In this document: positions 24,782 through 38,734 of the stretch, piece after piece | Layout: each line of letters begins with the position of its first letter | Numbering within the stretch: the first letter of the stretch is position 1 | Assembly (NCBI RefSeq): GCF_001194135.2 | Contig: NC_068983.1 | Location: forward strand, 28,543,275-28,607,274 | DNA length: 64,000 nt | Direction: 5' to 3' | From: Octopus bimaculoides | Taxonomy: Eukaryota | Position numbers and translations under genes: made by a program | The notes under the pieces: generated by a model | Told to the model about the DNA's origin: nothing | Database searches by the model: none | The model's input: only the letters and a program-made list of their open reading frames with translations

Positions 24782-26530
24782 TTTGCTTAATTTGATTTAA
24801 TAGGATCATATCATCAGATATAAAAGTATCTTGAAGCAAGAAAGGTTCCGTCAATAAATATGTTAACGGTCATGTCTTTGATAGAGAATTATAACAGTCA
24901 GTGTTATGTTTCAGGGAGTAATTCAACATGTTGTTTAAAATGACATTGTTAATGTTATTTTACTTATGGAGATGCTATATGTATTGGTGCTAAAACTGGT
25001 GAAAGTCTACAGATCAAGGTAGATAAGGTTATAAAAAGGTTGGGATTATTAGGCATAGTGAATAATTGAGTGAAGTCTGCATTGGAGAATGATGAATTAT
25101 CTTTATGTGGGGGACATAAATTGATACAAGATGGTATGTCAGCAGATCATCACTTAATAGTGAGAATTGTGAATGTACAACCATCAAAGGATAAGAAGTA
25201 ATTAAGTAGAATCTTTTCTTGGATTTGTCAATTTGTATAGGAGATATGCAGATCGTTATTCAGAGCACATATCACCATTTGTATCATTTGTAAACATGGA
25301 ATCTCGTTTTTATTAGGATCCAACAACAAAAGGAATTTGATAATATAAAACTAATGTTAGTGCAAAATTCAGGAGTCCAGATTTATAATGCCACAAAAAA
25401 AAGGTTACCTTAACAACATGCAAATGAAAAGAGTATATCAGGAAGTCTTTCATAAGACTGTGATCCTGTACAATATTAGTCAAAAATATTACCCGCAGTT
25501 GAAACGAAATACTCAAATATTCAAAGGGAAGACTAGGCGATTGCATGGTGTAGTCAAAAAAGTATGACTCTTCCCACTAGGCCAAAAATTTAGATCATAG
25601 GCCTCTTGGATTTCTTTTTAGGATAAATTCTGGTTAACTCTTTTACTTGTTTCAATCATTTAACTGCGGCCATGCTGGAGCACCACCTTTAGTCGAGCAA
25701 ATCGACCCCATGACTTATTCTTTGGAAGCCTAGTACTTATTCTATCAGTCTTTTTTGCCAAACTGCTAAGTTACGGGGATGTAAACACACCACCATCGGT
25801 TGTGAAGCGATGGTGCGGGGGACAAACACAGACACACAAACATATACATATATACACACTTATATATGACAGGCTTCTTTCAGTTTCCATCTACCAAATC
25901 CACTCACAAGCTTTGGTCGACCCAAGGCTATAGAAGACACTTGCCCAAGGTGCCACACAGTGAGAATGAACCCAGAACCATGTGGTTGGTAAAATAAGCA
26001 AACAGTTGATATTAGTGAGGAGGAATTAATTGTTCCACCAACATGTTTGAGCATAAAAGTTGTGTATGATAAGGCTAATGACATGCATTATGGCTCTACA
26101 GCAATAAGAAATTGGTTGAAATTACAAGGTTCCAGTGAAGATGATGAACAACATAAAATATGTCTAATATGTGCAAGAATAAAATTGGAGCTGCCTCATA
26201 CAGTGCACTGATGGCCTAAAGAAACTAACACAGATATTTGTACATATGGGTAATGCTTATGACAAGAATTTAGGCGCCTTAATATTGTTATATGCATCCT
26301 CTGGGTAACCAAACGTAATAAGATTTAGAAATAAAGTAACAGAAACAAGCAAGTATTTTGAAGTGTGTTTCACAAACATAGTTCCAGAAACATTAACATG
26401 TAACGATGCTTGTAAATTTTATGATAATAAATTTATATTCATGGCTAAGTTAGACCAAACAAAATAACCCCATATTTTTTATAATCAAATAGAATTGCTT
26501 GAAGATCGGTCACAGGAGTTAAAATACATT
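24782..26530 (+). mobile_element. Decayed Ty3/Gypsy pol (RT, RNase H, integrase), interrupted by a SINE
   Basis: RT: FA*FDLIGSYHQI (24782) and YGDAICIGA (24965; decayed YxDD). Then LGFVNLYRRY, and RNase H-like ANEKSISGSLS...ETKYSNIQRED*AIAW. Integrase-like: LIVPP...MHYG...CLIC, VHMGNAY and VPETLTCNDA. Many stops and frameshifts. Confidence 0.85.
25637..25992 (-). mobile_element. SINE family A inserted in the Gypsy pol
   Basis: Near-full A copy between the RNase H-like and integrase-like segments. Confidence 0.9.
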
Positions 26531-27959
26531 TAAAAGAAATTTCACTAAGTAAATGTTCTGTTAATGCTTTTTTAAAACTATATACTCTTGAGGTATCAGA
26601 CATTTTCTTATTCTCACTTATGTAGATTAAATAAACAACAAAAATATTAATAGTGAAAAAAATACTGAATCAACTCTGCAGATTTTGAATGACATCTCAG
26701 ACAAAGATTATGATTTGACAACTGATACAAGCACAAACATTGAGAATGATATAAGACAGAATTCTCAAATAACAAAATGAATTAAGCCATTTTTGTTTCT
26801 GAGAGATGTAATATCATTTGTTATGTTAACGTTGTTGCTGTGTTGCAGGTGTTTTAAATGCTTAAACATGACCAAGACTGTTTAAGATGGCTACCAGTTC
26901 AGTGTTAGTGAGCTTGATATTCAGTTAAATAAAGTTTTTGGTTGTAAAGAATCATGTGTGGTTATGGCTTTGAAACAACATTATTTAATTTATGAGAAAA
27001 ATTATAATCAAACTCATCTGTTGTATGATGGATTTAATGCATTGAAATAGAGAAATAGAATAGTAAATCGTTTATTTAGCATCTCACAAATATGACTATC
27101 ATTTACTGTTACCATTCAATTTGTTTTAATTTGTTAAAAATGTATTGATCAACCTTAAACATCAAGTCATTCATAAAAGTTGAAGGCAATATAGTACTAT
27201 ATAGTAATAGAGCGAGTACAGAATCAATGATTCAGAATTGATAACTTAGAAGTGTTTAATTTAAAATGTATCAGATCTTGGAAGTATTCTGAGTATTGAT
27301 TAACCTTACCCAATCATTCATAAAAGTTAAAGATAGCATAGTACAGCAGTAATAAAGCATTTAATGTGGAACTCCTGAAAATGTAGGGCATGTAGCATAT
27401 ACCACTCTTACTACTAAGTCGATCCAGCACCAAGAGAGGTTTTACTTCTGGGCTAACCTGGGCCTAAAGTACAACTGTAATAATAAGTATTCACTGACTG
27501 TTTATACGTTTTTACCAGTGAGCCATTTTGAAAGTTTTTTTTATCCAATCAAAAAAAAACAAAAAAAAACAGTGAAAATAAATACTTTAATATTTTATTT
27601 TAGTGCTGTTTTTTTTTTTTTTTTTCTTTCATAAGTATCAAAGTGAGAATGAAATTGAAATATTTCTCAAAGGAAGTTGATAACATCTATATCAAATGAT
27701 ATATAAAAACATTAAAATATATTGATCAAAATCTAAATTTTCCAGTCGCAAAAAAAAAAAATTACAATTCATTTTGTGATACTGATACGAAATATTCTGT
27801 CAAATAAGAAGTAAAAAATGTATTAAAGATATTGTATGAAACTTATTAGGACATTGCAAAAGAGCATAATTATTACGTATGTGAAAACTGTATAAAAATC
27901 AACTTTTTTTTTATTCCTTCAATAACCATAACAACAAAAACAATAATGATAATTTTTTC

Positions 27960-28480
27960 AAATTTAAGTAGAAGACCAACAGTTCTGATTGGAGATGGCT
28001 CATTGATACTAATGACCCTAATACTTGACTGGTACTTTAGTTTATCAATCCCAAAAGATGAAAGGCAAACTTGACCTAGGTGAAATTTGAACTCAAAATG
28101 TAAAGAGAAAGAACAAATTTCATAATGCGCAAATGATACTGTCTGTCCTATTGACCTAATAACTGTTTCTTACAAATAATTGTTTCTGAAATTTTACGAT
28201 AATAGGTTTGTTGATTAAACTGACTCCAGTACTTGACAGGTAGTTTATTTCATCAAGCCCGACCTCAGTGAAATTTGAACTTGGTATGTAAAGTGCTGGG
28301 ACAAATACTGCAAAGTATTTTGTTCAATGCCCTAACAATTTTGCCAGTTCATCAATGAATGATGATGATAATTGTTCATAATATAGACACAAAACCAGAA
28401 ATTTGAGGTTGAGATTAGTCAATTTGTTGATTCCAGTACTTGACTGGTACTTTATTTTTATCAATTCTGAAAATATGAAA
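27960..28480 (-). mobile_element. Old tandem array of SINE C (three diverged units)
   Basis: Repeated tacttgactggtacttt...aaatttgaact...acaaat units. Confidence 0.6.
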
Positions 28481-30139
28481 TCCTAATTAAAATGGTATGG
28501 CATGAAGTATAGCATTTTAAACTAGTTTATTTAGCAAAAGGAAAGAGGAAATACCTTTGAAATTGCTATCAATTACGGTAAGAATAACTTTATTTTATTT
28601 ATTATTTCATTTTATTTTGACTTATTGACCAAAAAGGAATTGTAGAATCTGTAATTCTATCATTTATTTTTAAATTGATGATGGAGCGGGTGATGAAGTA
28701 AAAAAAATATCGAAAGTATAAAGAAATGATAAGCAATAGTTTTGACTTTTTTTATCCCAGAAGTATTTCAAGATACCAGAAGGAAAGAACAATTTTGGAA
28801 TATAGAATATAGAAATATTGGAAATATAAAATACAGAGATATTGGGAATAGCCCCAGGTGCAGAAAAAATCCAAAATTACCAGTTATGGATAAATGGAAT
28901 TAAATTTAAGATTTTACATAGATTTTTCATTTTTGTTGCAAAGTTCTAGTTTTGCAATGCAATATTTAGCCTCTCTCAGCATGCCACTTGTTACATCTTG
29001 ATAAAAATCCTGAACAAAATAACAAAATGCTTCATAGTAACTAGCATACTGTCACATGATTCAGAATCAGAATTCTTTTAGAGTCAGTAAAATATCCATT
29101 AATAATATACTTGAATTAAGCTGAACAGATATAATCTTATTGCTTTTAAAAAAATTTTTTTTACAAAATGATATTACAATATTAGATCACAAGCTGACAT
29201 ACAATTGGACCAGATGTTACAGAATTTAGTGCCTTACTTTGGTAGATATAACACTTTCAGTGATCAAATAGAACTTATTTTCTGACTGGGATCAACATAA
29301 TATGTATTATAAAATGTGGATCCTTTCTGTTCAGCACCACTTTTCAATTTCTTCAATTTTTCTTCCAACTGATTACATATTTTGTATATTAATGTGGTTT
29401 TGTAAAGCAAGCATTTACATGAAATTCATTTTCATCATATCATATATCAATAAATAAAGAGCTTTTACAGTTTGCATATTCTGAGTAATTCTAGCCAATT
29501 GAAAGTCACAGACAAATAAGTGCTTGTTTCCACAGTAACAAGCCAAACTGTTACCAAGCTGCTTATCACATTTTTTTTTGTCGCTTATCAAATGCTTAAA
29601 ACACATACAGTATGACATGTGTTAAAAATAACACTAAATGGGGCTGTGTGTAGAATACAAATTTGCAAACATTTTCTGAAAATAGAGGGATAAGAGCAAG
29701 AGGGTGACATAGGAGAGAGTAATGGAAGAGAAGCAGTAATAGGCAGTGACATGCTGGTTGTTGGCATCTAAATAGAATATAAAAGTAGCATGAGTTAAAT
29801 GGTGGGGGAAGAGAGAAAGATAGGAAAGAGATAGCATGATGGAAGGGAGATTAACAGAAATGAGAAAGAGTGATGTATGCTAACAATGAGTGACAGATGA
29901 GGCAGTAATGTGATTAAAGAGAGTAAAGACTTGCAATAAAGATGGGTAAGGATAAAGGAGAGAGCAATGGATGTTGATAATGAGTGAAAAGGAAGGGGCA
30001 ATAAGAAAAAGAGAGAATGACAGTTAGAAATAAAGAAAGGTTATGAGAGGGAGGATGGCATACTGATTTGATGCCATTTCTCCTCATACAGGCAGCAGGA
30101 TGAGAGGAGGTAGTGATAAATGTTGTTGGTAGGGGTAGC

Positions 30140-30380
30140 TAAATAGTTTACACCAATTTGTCCCATGTTTTCCTAGGTCTTTCTGTCCTTTGGGTTCTGT
30201 CTACTTCAAGCAAATGACAATTCTTTATACAACTGACAGGTTCTATAAATATTCTATGCTTGTACTAGCACTATCTGTCTTACACACTACATCCAATTCC
30301 ATTTACATCCAAATCTTTTTCTCAGTTCATTTGTGCTGACAGTAAGTGTGCCTCTCTGTGTCCATCCAGCCTACAAGAAA
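30140..30380 (-). mobile_element. RTE-clade LINE ORF remnant
   Basis: Minus strand reads STNELRKR...CIKNCHLLEVDRTQRTERPRKTWDKLV (RPRKTWDKLV at 30180-30151). Confidence 0.7.
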
Positions 30381-32476
30381 TACAAGTCCAAACTAGCTCG
30401 AATAAAATTGCAGTGTCCTACATGCACCTAAAATTACAAACTAACCACAAATAGCATGCTTTTAATCATAAATCTAATTTATCAAGGTTGACTCAAGATT
30501 AAACAACAATAACAACTACTATTCTGCTGCTGCCCCTAATCCTTCTCCTCCTCCTCACCATCATCATCCTTATCATCAGCATCATCATCATCATCATCAT
30601 CATCATCCTTCTATTACTACTGCTGTAAGCCACAAAGACTTATATTTATAAGCCACATAATTTGCTTATTCCTTTAGAACGAAACAAACAGTTGTCAAAA
30701 GTTATTTTGGTTGTTTATGGGCCGAAGAATTGCAAAGTTAGTATTATTGAGAATGAGAGAAAAAAATATATAATTGTAATAACTCATTTCATATCAAAGA
30801 GCAGTAACTGATTGATTCGATTGATTCGACTGATTCTTGAAGCTATTGAAGAAAGAAATCATTGAATAACAAATAGCCCATGTAGTGTTTGAACAAATCA
30901 CTTTAACCAGACAAATGGAAATCAAGTGGAAGATCATTCCAGCACTTTTATGTATAATGAGAGACAATCTAATAGGAAACTAATGTTCGGTGAAGAATTA
31001 GTTAGGTAAGATATTAATATGAAGAAACAATATCATTAGTAGAGACTTAAATATTAAACTTGTGAGATTTCATTTCGGTTATCTTAGAGATATTCTATTC
31101 TGATATCTATGTTCAAATTGCAGCATTCAGTAAACAGAATTTATAGATATCTGACCAAGTAATTAAATAACCAATCATAACAAGGCTAGAGCTAATCAAA
31201 ACAATGACCAGGCAGAATCCAATATAAAGATTAAGACATGAATCTACAAATACTGCTTCAGAATTGTTGTTGATTAAACTTAGATCAGCTTTGAAGACTA
31301 GCATATTGTGTGGCACAGAATTATGCTAGCATGTTATTTTGCTGTTGTTTTTGTTGTTGTTGGTGTTGTTGTTGGGTCCATGGTCAGTCCTAATCAATCA
31401 CACCTATGTCCAAAGATGTTCTAGATATGACCAAATTGCCTTTTATTTAGACAGTTTGCCTTAGTATATCTTTCCTTTCTTAAAACAGTAGAACATAATT
31501 TAAATAGTAGTCAAATTTCCTTTTTAAGCAGATTTAGTTGCTATTTCTAGCAGATTGAATAACTATATTCAAGATCTTTGGCTGACTTGTCTGTTTCTGA
31601 GCTTTGTGAATTGGCAACAACAAATACTATAAATCATACTGACATTTTCATTAGCTTTGTAGAAGTTAACTAGAGAAAACCATTCGTTATTTATAATTTT
31701 TCTTAAAAAATCTGTTTTTAATTACCAACTTTTTCATGAACTGGAAAGCTTTTCAAAGCGTTAGATCAGTTCAGTCACCATGAGAAGTGAAAAATCAAAT
31801 ATTCTGCCTAGTCAGTATTTCTTAACCATTTTTATGTTTTTGTTATTTTTTATTCCTTTACCAATTCCTAATCTTGATTTCCCACTACTTAATTAAACAA
31901 CAATAGTTTTGTGAGCAGCATACTTTATTACATATCATTAACAGCTTTATAGTATTTGAACATTAGCAGCCTAAAAAAAATCAACATTAAGGAATATAAA
32001 TCTATCGAAATAAAATAAAAACAGTTTGAATAATGATAAAGAATTGTACAACTTCTATAATCCTGAAATTTATCAAATCCTGGATTATGAGAGCAATTTC
32101 CTCAACTTAAGAAATGTGGATCTAAGTTAATCTGTTTCTATTGTTTCTCCAAGCTCTTCAAGTCACCAAAAATTGTTCATCCATCTTATGTCTCGTATTA
32201 AAGATATCTATCATAATTTTAATGTCTGGTATTGTTGCAGTTGTTTAGCATCAAAACAGCCCTGATCCAGCAGATCCTATAAGTAAAAGCATTCCAACCA
32301 TTACCAAAATGGTCTTTTATATACATCTAGGACTACATTATCAAATGAGTCGTCTCCTTATTCCAGACAACAGTAGGTGAGTTTAAATGAGATTTGGTTG
32401 CTTTTTCTAGCCAATTGAGCAACCATGTAGATATTCCCTCATTGATTCAATGAGCTGACATTATGATCCTTAGTGA

Positions 32477-32700
32477 CTTTAGCCAATGTGACACCAACTC
32501 GCCTAAGATCACCTCTGATCCTATGATACAAACCTCCCACTTAATGTAATCTAAAGTAAAACCGCTCTTCAAAGTTTCATGTTAATTTAAGTCCCAAAAT
32601 TCAGTTAACGACCAAGATATATTAATAAATTCTTCAGTAATTTAAAAAATTGAAACAAAGATAGAGCATTTCAACAGAAATATGGTCACAAAAGGATTAA
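32477..32700. mobile_element. Diverged MITE-like element with a piggyBac-type right end
   Basis: Ends aatatggtcacaaaaggattaa, resembling a ...AAAGGG-TTAA terminus; the left end is degraded. Confidence 0.35.
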
Positions 32701-33605
32701 CATACAGAACTTCTCTTGGGTCTTGAACTTGCAGTTCCCCCATATTAGCACAGACACCAGATTGCTTGCTTACACCAGTTACTTCCCTCAGATATCTCTG
32801 AAAAACACACAAGTCCTCCAACCACTCTTAAACTATTGTTCCCCATCCAAACACAACTTTAACAGTCTTTTCTGTCTATTCTTCCATCAGATCATCTGTT
32901 CACTGCCAAATCTGAGCAACTAATTCGACATGCTTTGGTGAAAATGTATCTCTCCTTCAACACACTCAAACCAGTAAAGTGCAGGAGCAATACAATCCTC
33001 TGAGTTATTTCCCCTTGAAACATTCATGCAACCATAACACATAGAACCCCAAGCCTCATCTGATTCACTCACAGCTGCACAGAAAGGCAATGCTTATTAC
33101 CCTCTTGAAATAATCCACATCATCAACTGCTGGTTAGTTACTCATTACTGCAACACTTGCAAGGGTGTCATGAAGAAATCAGCAAATGCAAAATGGTGTA
33201 AGAATCATCTGCCTATAGTCAGAGACAGCAATTTAGCTTGCACTGGGCCTCATTTCAGGTATGTGGTATTGACAAGTCACAAAAATGACGAAACATCGAT
33301 GTCTATTGCTCCTGAATGGGACTGCAAGCAAGTTATCTCACTTGTAAATGACTTCCAGGTGTTTTAACACCAGGTGCATTGATAAAAATATATTTTCTTA
33401 TGCCCATAAGCACAGCCTACCCACAAACTAGCAAAACACATACCTAGTATATGTGTGTTCGATATTGTTTATATCCCTTAAGTAGCTTTTAATCAATATT
33501 TGAATATGTGTGTGCGTGTGTATCTCTGTGTGTATGCATGTATGTATGTATGTGCATATATATATATGGGTGTGTGTGTGTGTATGTGTGTGTATGTATA
33601 TATAG

Positions 33606-33790
33606 ATCGCTAGCCACTATACCTTTTTCTATTTTCTCCCCCTGTTTATTTCTGTGTTCCTTTCTGTCAAAGAGAGTAGGCTCGAAATGTAAAAGACTCT
33701 CACTTCCCGAGCGCTAAACTAATACATCTGTTTGTTGTTTACACACCTGTCTTCGTCTTTGTTTTTTGTTTTTTTTGAAAATTCTCACTA
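33606..33790 (-). mobile_element. Penelope-like terminal-repeat fragment in (TA)n
   Basis: Reverse homologue of 42983-43160; carries gagagtaggctcgaaatgt. Confidence 0.5.
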
Positions 33791-33829
33791 CATATATATA
33801 TATGTGTGTGTATGTATATGTGTATATAT

Positions 33830-34040
33830 AGGCAGGTATGGTGCCACATAAAAAGCATCCAGTACACCCTGTAAAGTGAAAGGTGTTAGGAAGGACATCC
33901 TGTCATAGAAACCATGCCAAAACAGAGAGTCGGAGACTGGTGCAGCTCTCCAGCTTGCTAGCTCCTGTCCAACCATCCAATCCATGCCAGTATGCAAAAC
34001 TGATCATTAAATGATGAGGATGAAGAAGATGATGATGATG
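33830..34040 (+). mobile_element. RTE-type tail retroposon
   Basis: ggtgttaggaaggacatcc...aatccatgccag...aaatgatgaggatga. Confidence 0.7.
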
Positions 34041-34285
34041 CATGAGGATGTATATACTTACAGACACATGCCACACATTCACACATTTTCCCATATCCCT
34101 TCACACAGTAACATAACACCACTAATATACACCTGTGTACATGACTATGCACACACATGTACATATACACACAAGCATGCACACACATGTAGATACATAC
34201 ACACACATGCATGCACACACACACACACACACACACCTCTGCCTTGCATTTGCTCTTCCATTTTAAAAGCCCCCGTTTGGCTCAC

Positions 34286-34429
34286 CATCCAAATTCCAGT
34301 CAGTCAATGGTTGGTATGTAGAACAGCTCCATGAAGCTTTCTTGGCAGAACTGCACGTTTTAATTTGATTTTTTTCCTTCTTTCTTTTTTCAGTTCCATC
34401 TCGTTTTATTCTTCCTCTTTTCCTATGAG
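34286..34429 (-). CDS. Candidate 144-nt exon, (A)HRKRGRIKRDGTEKRKKEKNQIKTCSSAKKASWSCSTYQPLTDWNLD
   Basis: attatccttctttag|...gatg|gtgagc. Symmetric phase 1, single open frame, purine-rich. No recognised homologue. Confidence 0.3.
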
Positions 34430-36656
34430 CTAAAGAAGGATAATGTCCAAAACATTTTAACATTTACCTGGAAAGAGTTCATTTATTGTGAACTTTGAAT
34501 TTTCCTTTTTTGTTGTCCTTTGTGTTTTACTGTTGTTACTTGCCACACACTCACCCGAATACAAGTGCACACACACGCACACACACACATATACATGCAT
34601 GAATGAACATACATACAAACTTGCCAACCCGTGTCTCAAAAGTTAACAGCCATTTCAGAATTTCAGACCTGGTTCCACATGCACACAAGCATCCTTGATT
34701 GATTCTAAAAGAAAACCATGAAACTAATAGACAAACTTATATTCAAATTCAGCCAATCAATTGTTTGTTCATTCTACCTCTGCCAGTATACTTCAAAGAC
34801 TTCTGCTAGTAAGCAACATATCGTCTCTGTTTATTCTTACCTGATATCTCTGCTAATCCTTCTCCTGTGATCTTTACTTTCTACTTCTAAACCCCATACA
34901 GAATCATCATCATCATCATGGTTTAACGTCTGTTTTCTATGCTGGCATGGGTTAGACACTTTTACAAGACTGCCAAACTCTATCTTCTATCTGCTTTGGC
35001 ATGGTTTGTATAGCTGGATGCCCTTCCTAACACAAAAGCTATAATAAAACAACAAGGATGAAGGAGCTGTTACAATAAATTCTACAAGTCAATGAACTAT
35101 AGAAGCCAGAACATGGTCATATATGCTAAATAATTCTCCCCAGAACTACACTCTTCTTGAATACCGATGCTGCAAACGTTCTTCCTGCATCAACACCGCA
35201 ATATCAACTTACAGAAGTTTGAGTTGAAAACCTTAACTTAAATTTTGAGTTTGAAGCTGAATGCAGTCTTAATCAACCAATAATTTTAACACCAGAACTT
35301 AATCCTTGAACTACACAGAGATGTTAAACATGGTGATGTGCTGAGACTGCCACCCAAACACAGGATCATGCTTTCAGACAGGTTTCCATTCAGTTTCCAG
35401 AATGTGAAATTTGACTAAAACCAAAACATCATGGCTACTGCCCTTCCATCAACTAAATTTTTATAGAAACACATCAGTTCTTTCAAAAGTTTTCAAGTTT
35501 TTTGTTTCCAACATAGACATCATGACAGTTTTATTTTCTTATTTTTTATTTATTTATTTATTTATTTTTTTCAGAAAGCTGGAGCGGTGACAAAAATAAG
35601 CAAAGAATCAGACTGTTTGATACCTCAGAACATACTACTTTACTTTATTTCATTCCAACTTCTCACCACATGCCATTAGCACCTAAAATCCTAAATAAAC
35701 AGACAGTTCAGAATGTAACAGAAATTGTCTTGAAATATGGTTTTCCTTAATTGATTTTCAGAAATTGAGCCAAACATTTTGCCTCAAGTTCTAATGGCTT
35801 ATAATGAAGTGCAAGATTGTGAAAAAGAATTACATTATCACCAAGCTGTCAGACACCTGTATTTTTGGCTTTAGTTAAAAGCTAGATTCTCTTGTTACCA
35901 AAATATATGTAATAATTTAAGGGAAAAAAAAAAACTCAAACATTGTCAAGAATAACAAGGTCAGAATTCTAACCTTGATGATAATGGATGCTGATGATAA
36001 CAATAATGATGGTGATGGTGGTAGTGGTGGTGGTAGCTGCAGTGATATTGGTGATAATGATGAAGGTTAATCACTGTGGCTGTAGCCATAGAATTAAGAC
36101 GCAATGAAAATGTCAATATGTCTAGAGAAATACAATGGAAAGATAAACATTGCAGAATTCCAAGACAATATTTCGCTGAATGGGATATCTTTCTAAAGGA
36201 GAAAAAGGAAGTGGAACATATACTGTGAAAAAAAATGAAAAAAAAAAAAAGAATCGTTATCTGTTTGAGAGGATAGAGAGAGAAGCAGACAGATAAGTGG
36301 AAACAGATAAGCTAGAATTTTGATGAATGCATGCACATGATGAAAAGCAAGGACATAAAAAAAAATTAGGTAAATAAGAATAGCTGTAAGCAAACTAACA
36401 CAGATTTTGTGTAGCATGAAATAATGACATCTAAAGCAGTATAACAATTTGGGGTAAATGAAGAAAGATTTATGTAGAATTGGTTTATTAGATATGTTCA
36501 AGTAAGGTTAAATTTAAGTGATATTCAACATAATAAGCACCAACAAGTTGGAGTTTCTTCGTTTTGACGGGGATTTTTCAGATTTTTTTTTTTTTCATAG
36601 CAGAGAGAATCTGGAGTATCTTTTTGGCAAAAACCAATTTTTTTTTGCAATAGGCA

Positions 36657-36842
36657 TAGGAGTGGCTGTGTGGTAAGTAGCTTGCTTACCAACCACATGG
36701 TTCCGGGTTCAGTCCCACTGTGTGGCAGCTTGGGCAAGTGTCTTCTACTATAGCCTCGGGCCGACCAAAGCCATGTGAGTGGATTTGGTAGACGGAAACT
36801 GAAAGAAGCCCTTCGTATATATATATATATATATATATATAT
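36657..36842 (+). mobile_element. SINE family A head running into a (TA)n gap
   Basis: aggagtggctgtgtggtaagtagcttgc...gaaagaagccc(ta)n, then gap 36843-37203. Confidence 0.9.
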
Positions 36843-37399
36843 NNNNNNNNNNNNNNNNNNNNNNNNNNNNNNNNNNNNNNNNNNNNNNNNNNNNNNNNNN
36901 NNNNNNNNNNNNNNNNNNNNNNNNNNNNNNNNNNNNNNNNNNNNNNNNNNNNNNNNNNNNNNNNNNNNNNNNNNNNNNNNNNNNNNNNNNNNNNNNNNNN
37001 NNNNNNNNNNNNNNNNNNNNNNNNNNNNNNNNNNNNNNNNNNNNNNNNNNNNNNNNNNNNNNNNNNNNNNNNNNNNNNNNNNNNNNNNNNNNNNNNNNNN
37101 NNNNNNNNNNNNNNNNNNNNNNNNNNNNNNNNNNNNNNNNNNNNNNNNNNNNNNNNNNNNNNNNNNNNNNNNNNNNNNNNNNNNNNNNNNNNNNNNNNNN
37201 NNNTTGTACACTTGGAAACAGTGGAAGGCTTTCTGGAAGAAAAAAAACAAAAAACAAAAAAAAACATCTAGAGACTCACTGATAGAACTTGGAATATATC
37301 CATTATACATCTTTGAATATCTATCAGTTACAGAAGAACAGTTTTACCAGATTACAGTTAAGGGTACCTGATATTATTTCTTATCAAATATAAAAATCA

Positions 37400-37970
37400 C
37401 AGGCATGGCTGAGTGGTTAAGAAGTTTGTTTTTCATCCATGTGGTTTTGTGTTCAACCCCACTGAATAGCACCTTGGGTGAGTGTCTTCTACTATAGTTG
37501 ACCAAAGTCTTGTGAGTGGATGTGGTAGAGAGAAACTGAAGTCATCATATATGTTATATATGTGCATATATATTTGTATGAGTTCATATTTCCCTTCATC
37601 TTCACATGGTTTTGTTGGTTGTGAGCAATGATGGTGTCACTGACTTGAAGTCTACCACAAAAGCACATCTGGGCTCCTCAGCATGTATTAAGATGGTGTA
37701 CAACCTGTGTAAACAAAAAGCTCATTCAAATGCTATCATTTGTTTTACATTCTCTATGTAAGCATATAAGATCTATTTGCTTGATAGACTGGAAGATTAT
37801 TATCTTGCTCAGAAACAGGTGGTGGGGTTGGAGTCAGAAAAGGAATCTACTGGTAAAAAACTGCTCGAAAATTTGCTTGCCTCAAAAATTCTAGCATGGA
37901 AAAGTAGATGATAAAATGACGATGATGATGATAATGATGATGATGATCATCATCATAATCATGATGATGA
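37400..37970 (+). mobile_element. A-type head with a different body and RTE-type tail (related copy at about 59105-59575)
   Basis: aggcatggctgagtggttaag head, then ...aaacaggtggtggggttgg...ctagcatggaaaagtagatg...(gat)n tail. Confidence 0.55.
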
Positions 37971-38363
37971 AAGGCAACAAATTGGCAGAGTTTTCAAAGT
38001 ATTCCCAAGAATGCTTTTCAGTTTTTGTTCTGATGTTGTGAGCCATGAGTTCAAATCCCAGTCTGGTCAATCTTATCTTTCTTTATTCAAAGGTCAATGA
38101 AAAAAGTACCAAATCAGGGAGATGGATTGGTGGAACAATAAGAAAATTGAGCAAGATATCTTATGGTAAGTGTTCCAGCCATTTGCATTTTGACTGCAAT
38201 ACCAGGGTTGAATCAACCCTAAAGTGATCGCCTTTCCCTTAGGCAACACTAACAACATGGTGAGAAGAGATTGCAGATATGAGCAACTGCCAGTTTTCTA
38301 CAATGAAAATTTTGCCCTGACTGAAAGAGGTTCCAGAATTGATGCCATCAATTTGTTGATGGT

Positions 38364-38734
38364 TTGTTGTTGGCACTCTGTGCTTACGACGTTGAGGGTT
38401 CCAGTTGATCCAATCAACGGAACAGCCTGCTCGTGAAATTAACGTGCAAGTGGCTGAGCACTCCACAGATACGTGTACCCTTAACGTAATTCTCGGGGAT
38501 ATTCAGCATGACACAGTGTGACAAGGCTGACCCTTTGAATTACAGGCACAACAGAAACAGGAAGTAAGAGTGTGGTGAAAGAGTACAGCAGGGTTCGCCA
38601 CCATCCCCTGCCGAAGCCTCGTGGAGCTTTAAGTGTTTTCAGTCAATAAACACTCACAACGCCCGGTCTGGGAATCGAAACTGCGATCCTATGACCGCGA
38701 GTCCGCTGCCCTAACCACTGGGCCATTGCACCTC
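38364..38734 (-). mobile_element. SINE family B, 11-bp TSD
   Basis: TSD ttgttgatggt at 38353-38363 and 38735-38745. Confidence 0.9.

Noticed and set aside
27143-27360. Imperfect ~70-bp repeat pair; a similar one at about 56780-56990
   Set aside because: Old, diverged local duplications with no termini or coding signal.
30300-30380. Exon-like AGWTQRGTLTVSTNELRKRFG on the minus strand
   Set aside because: It is explained as part of the RTE remnant ending in RPRKTWDKLV.
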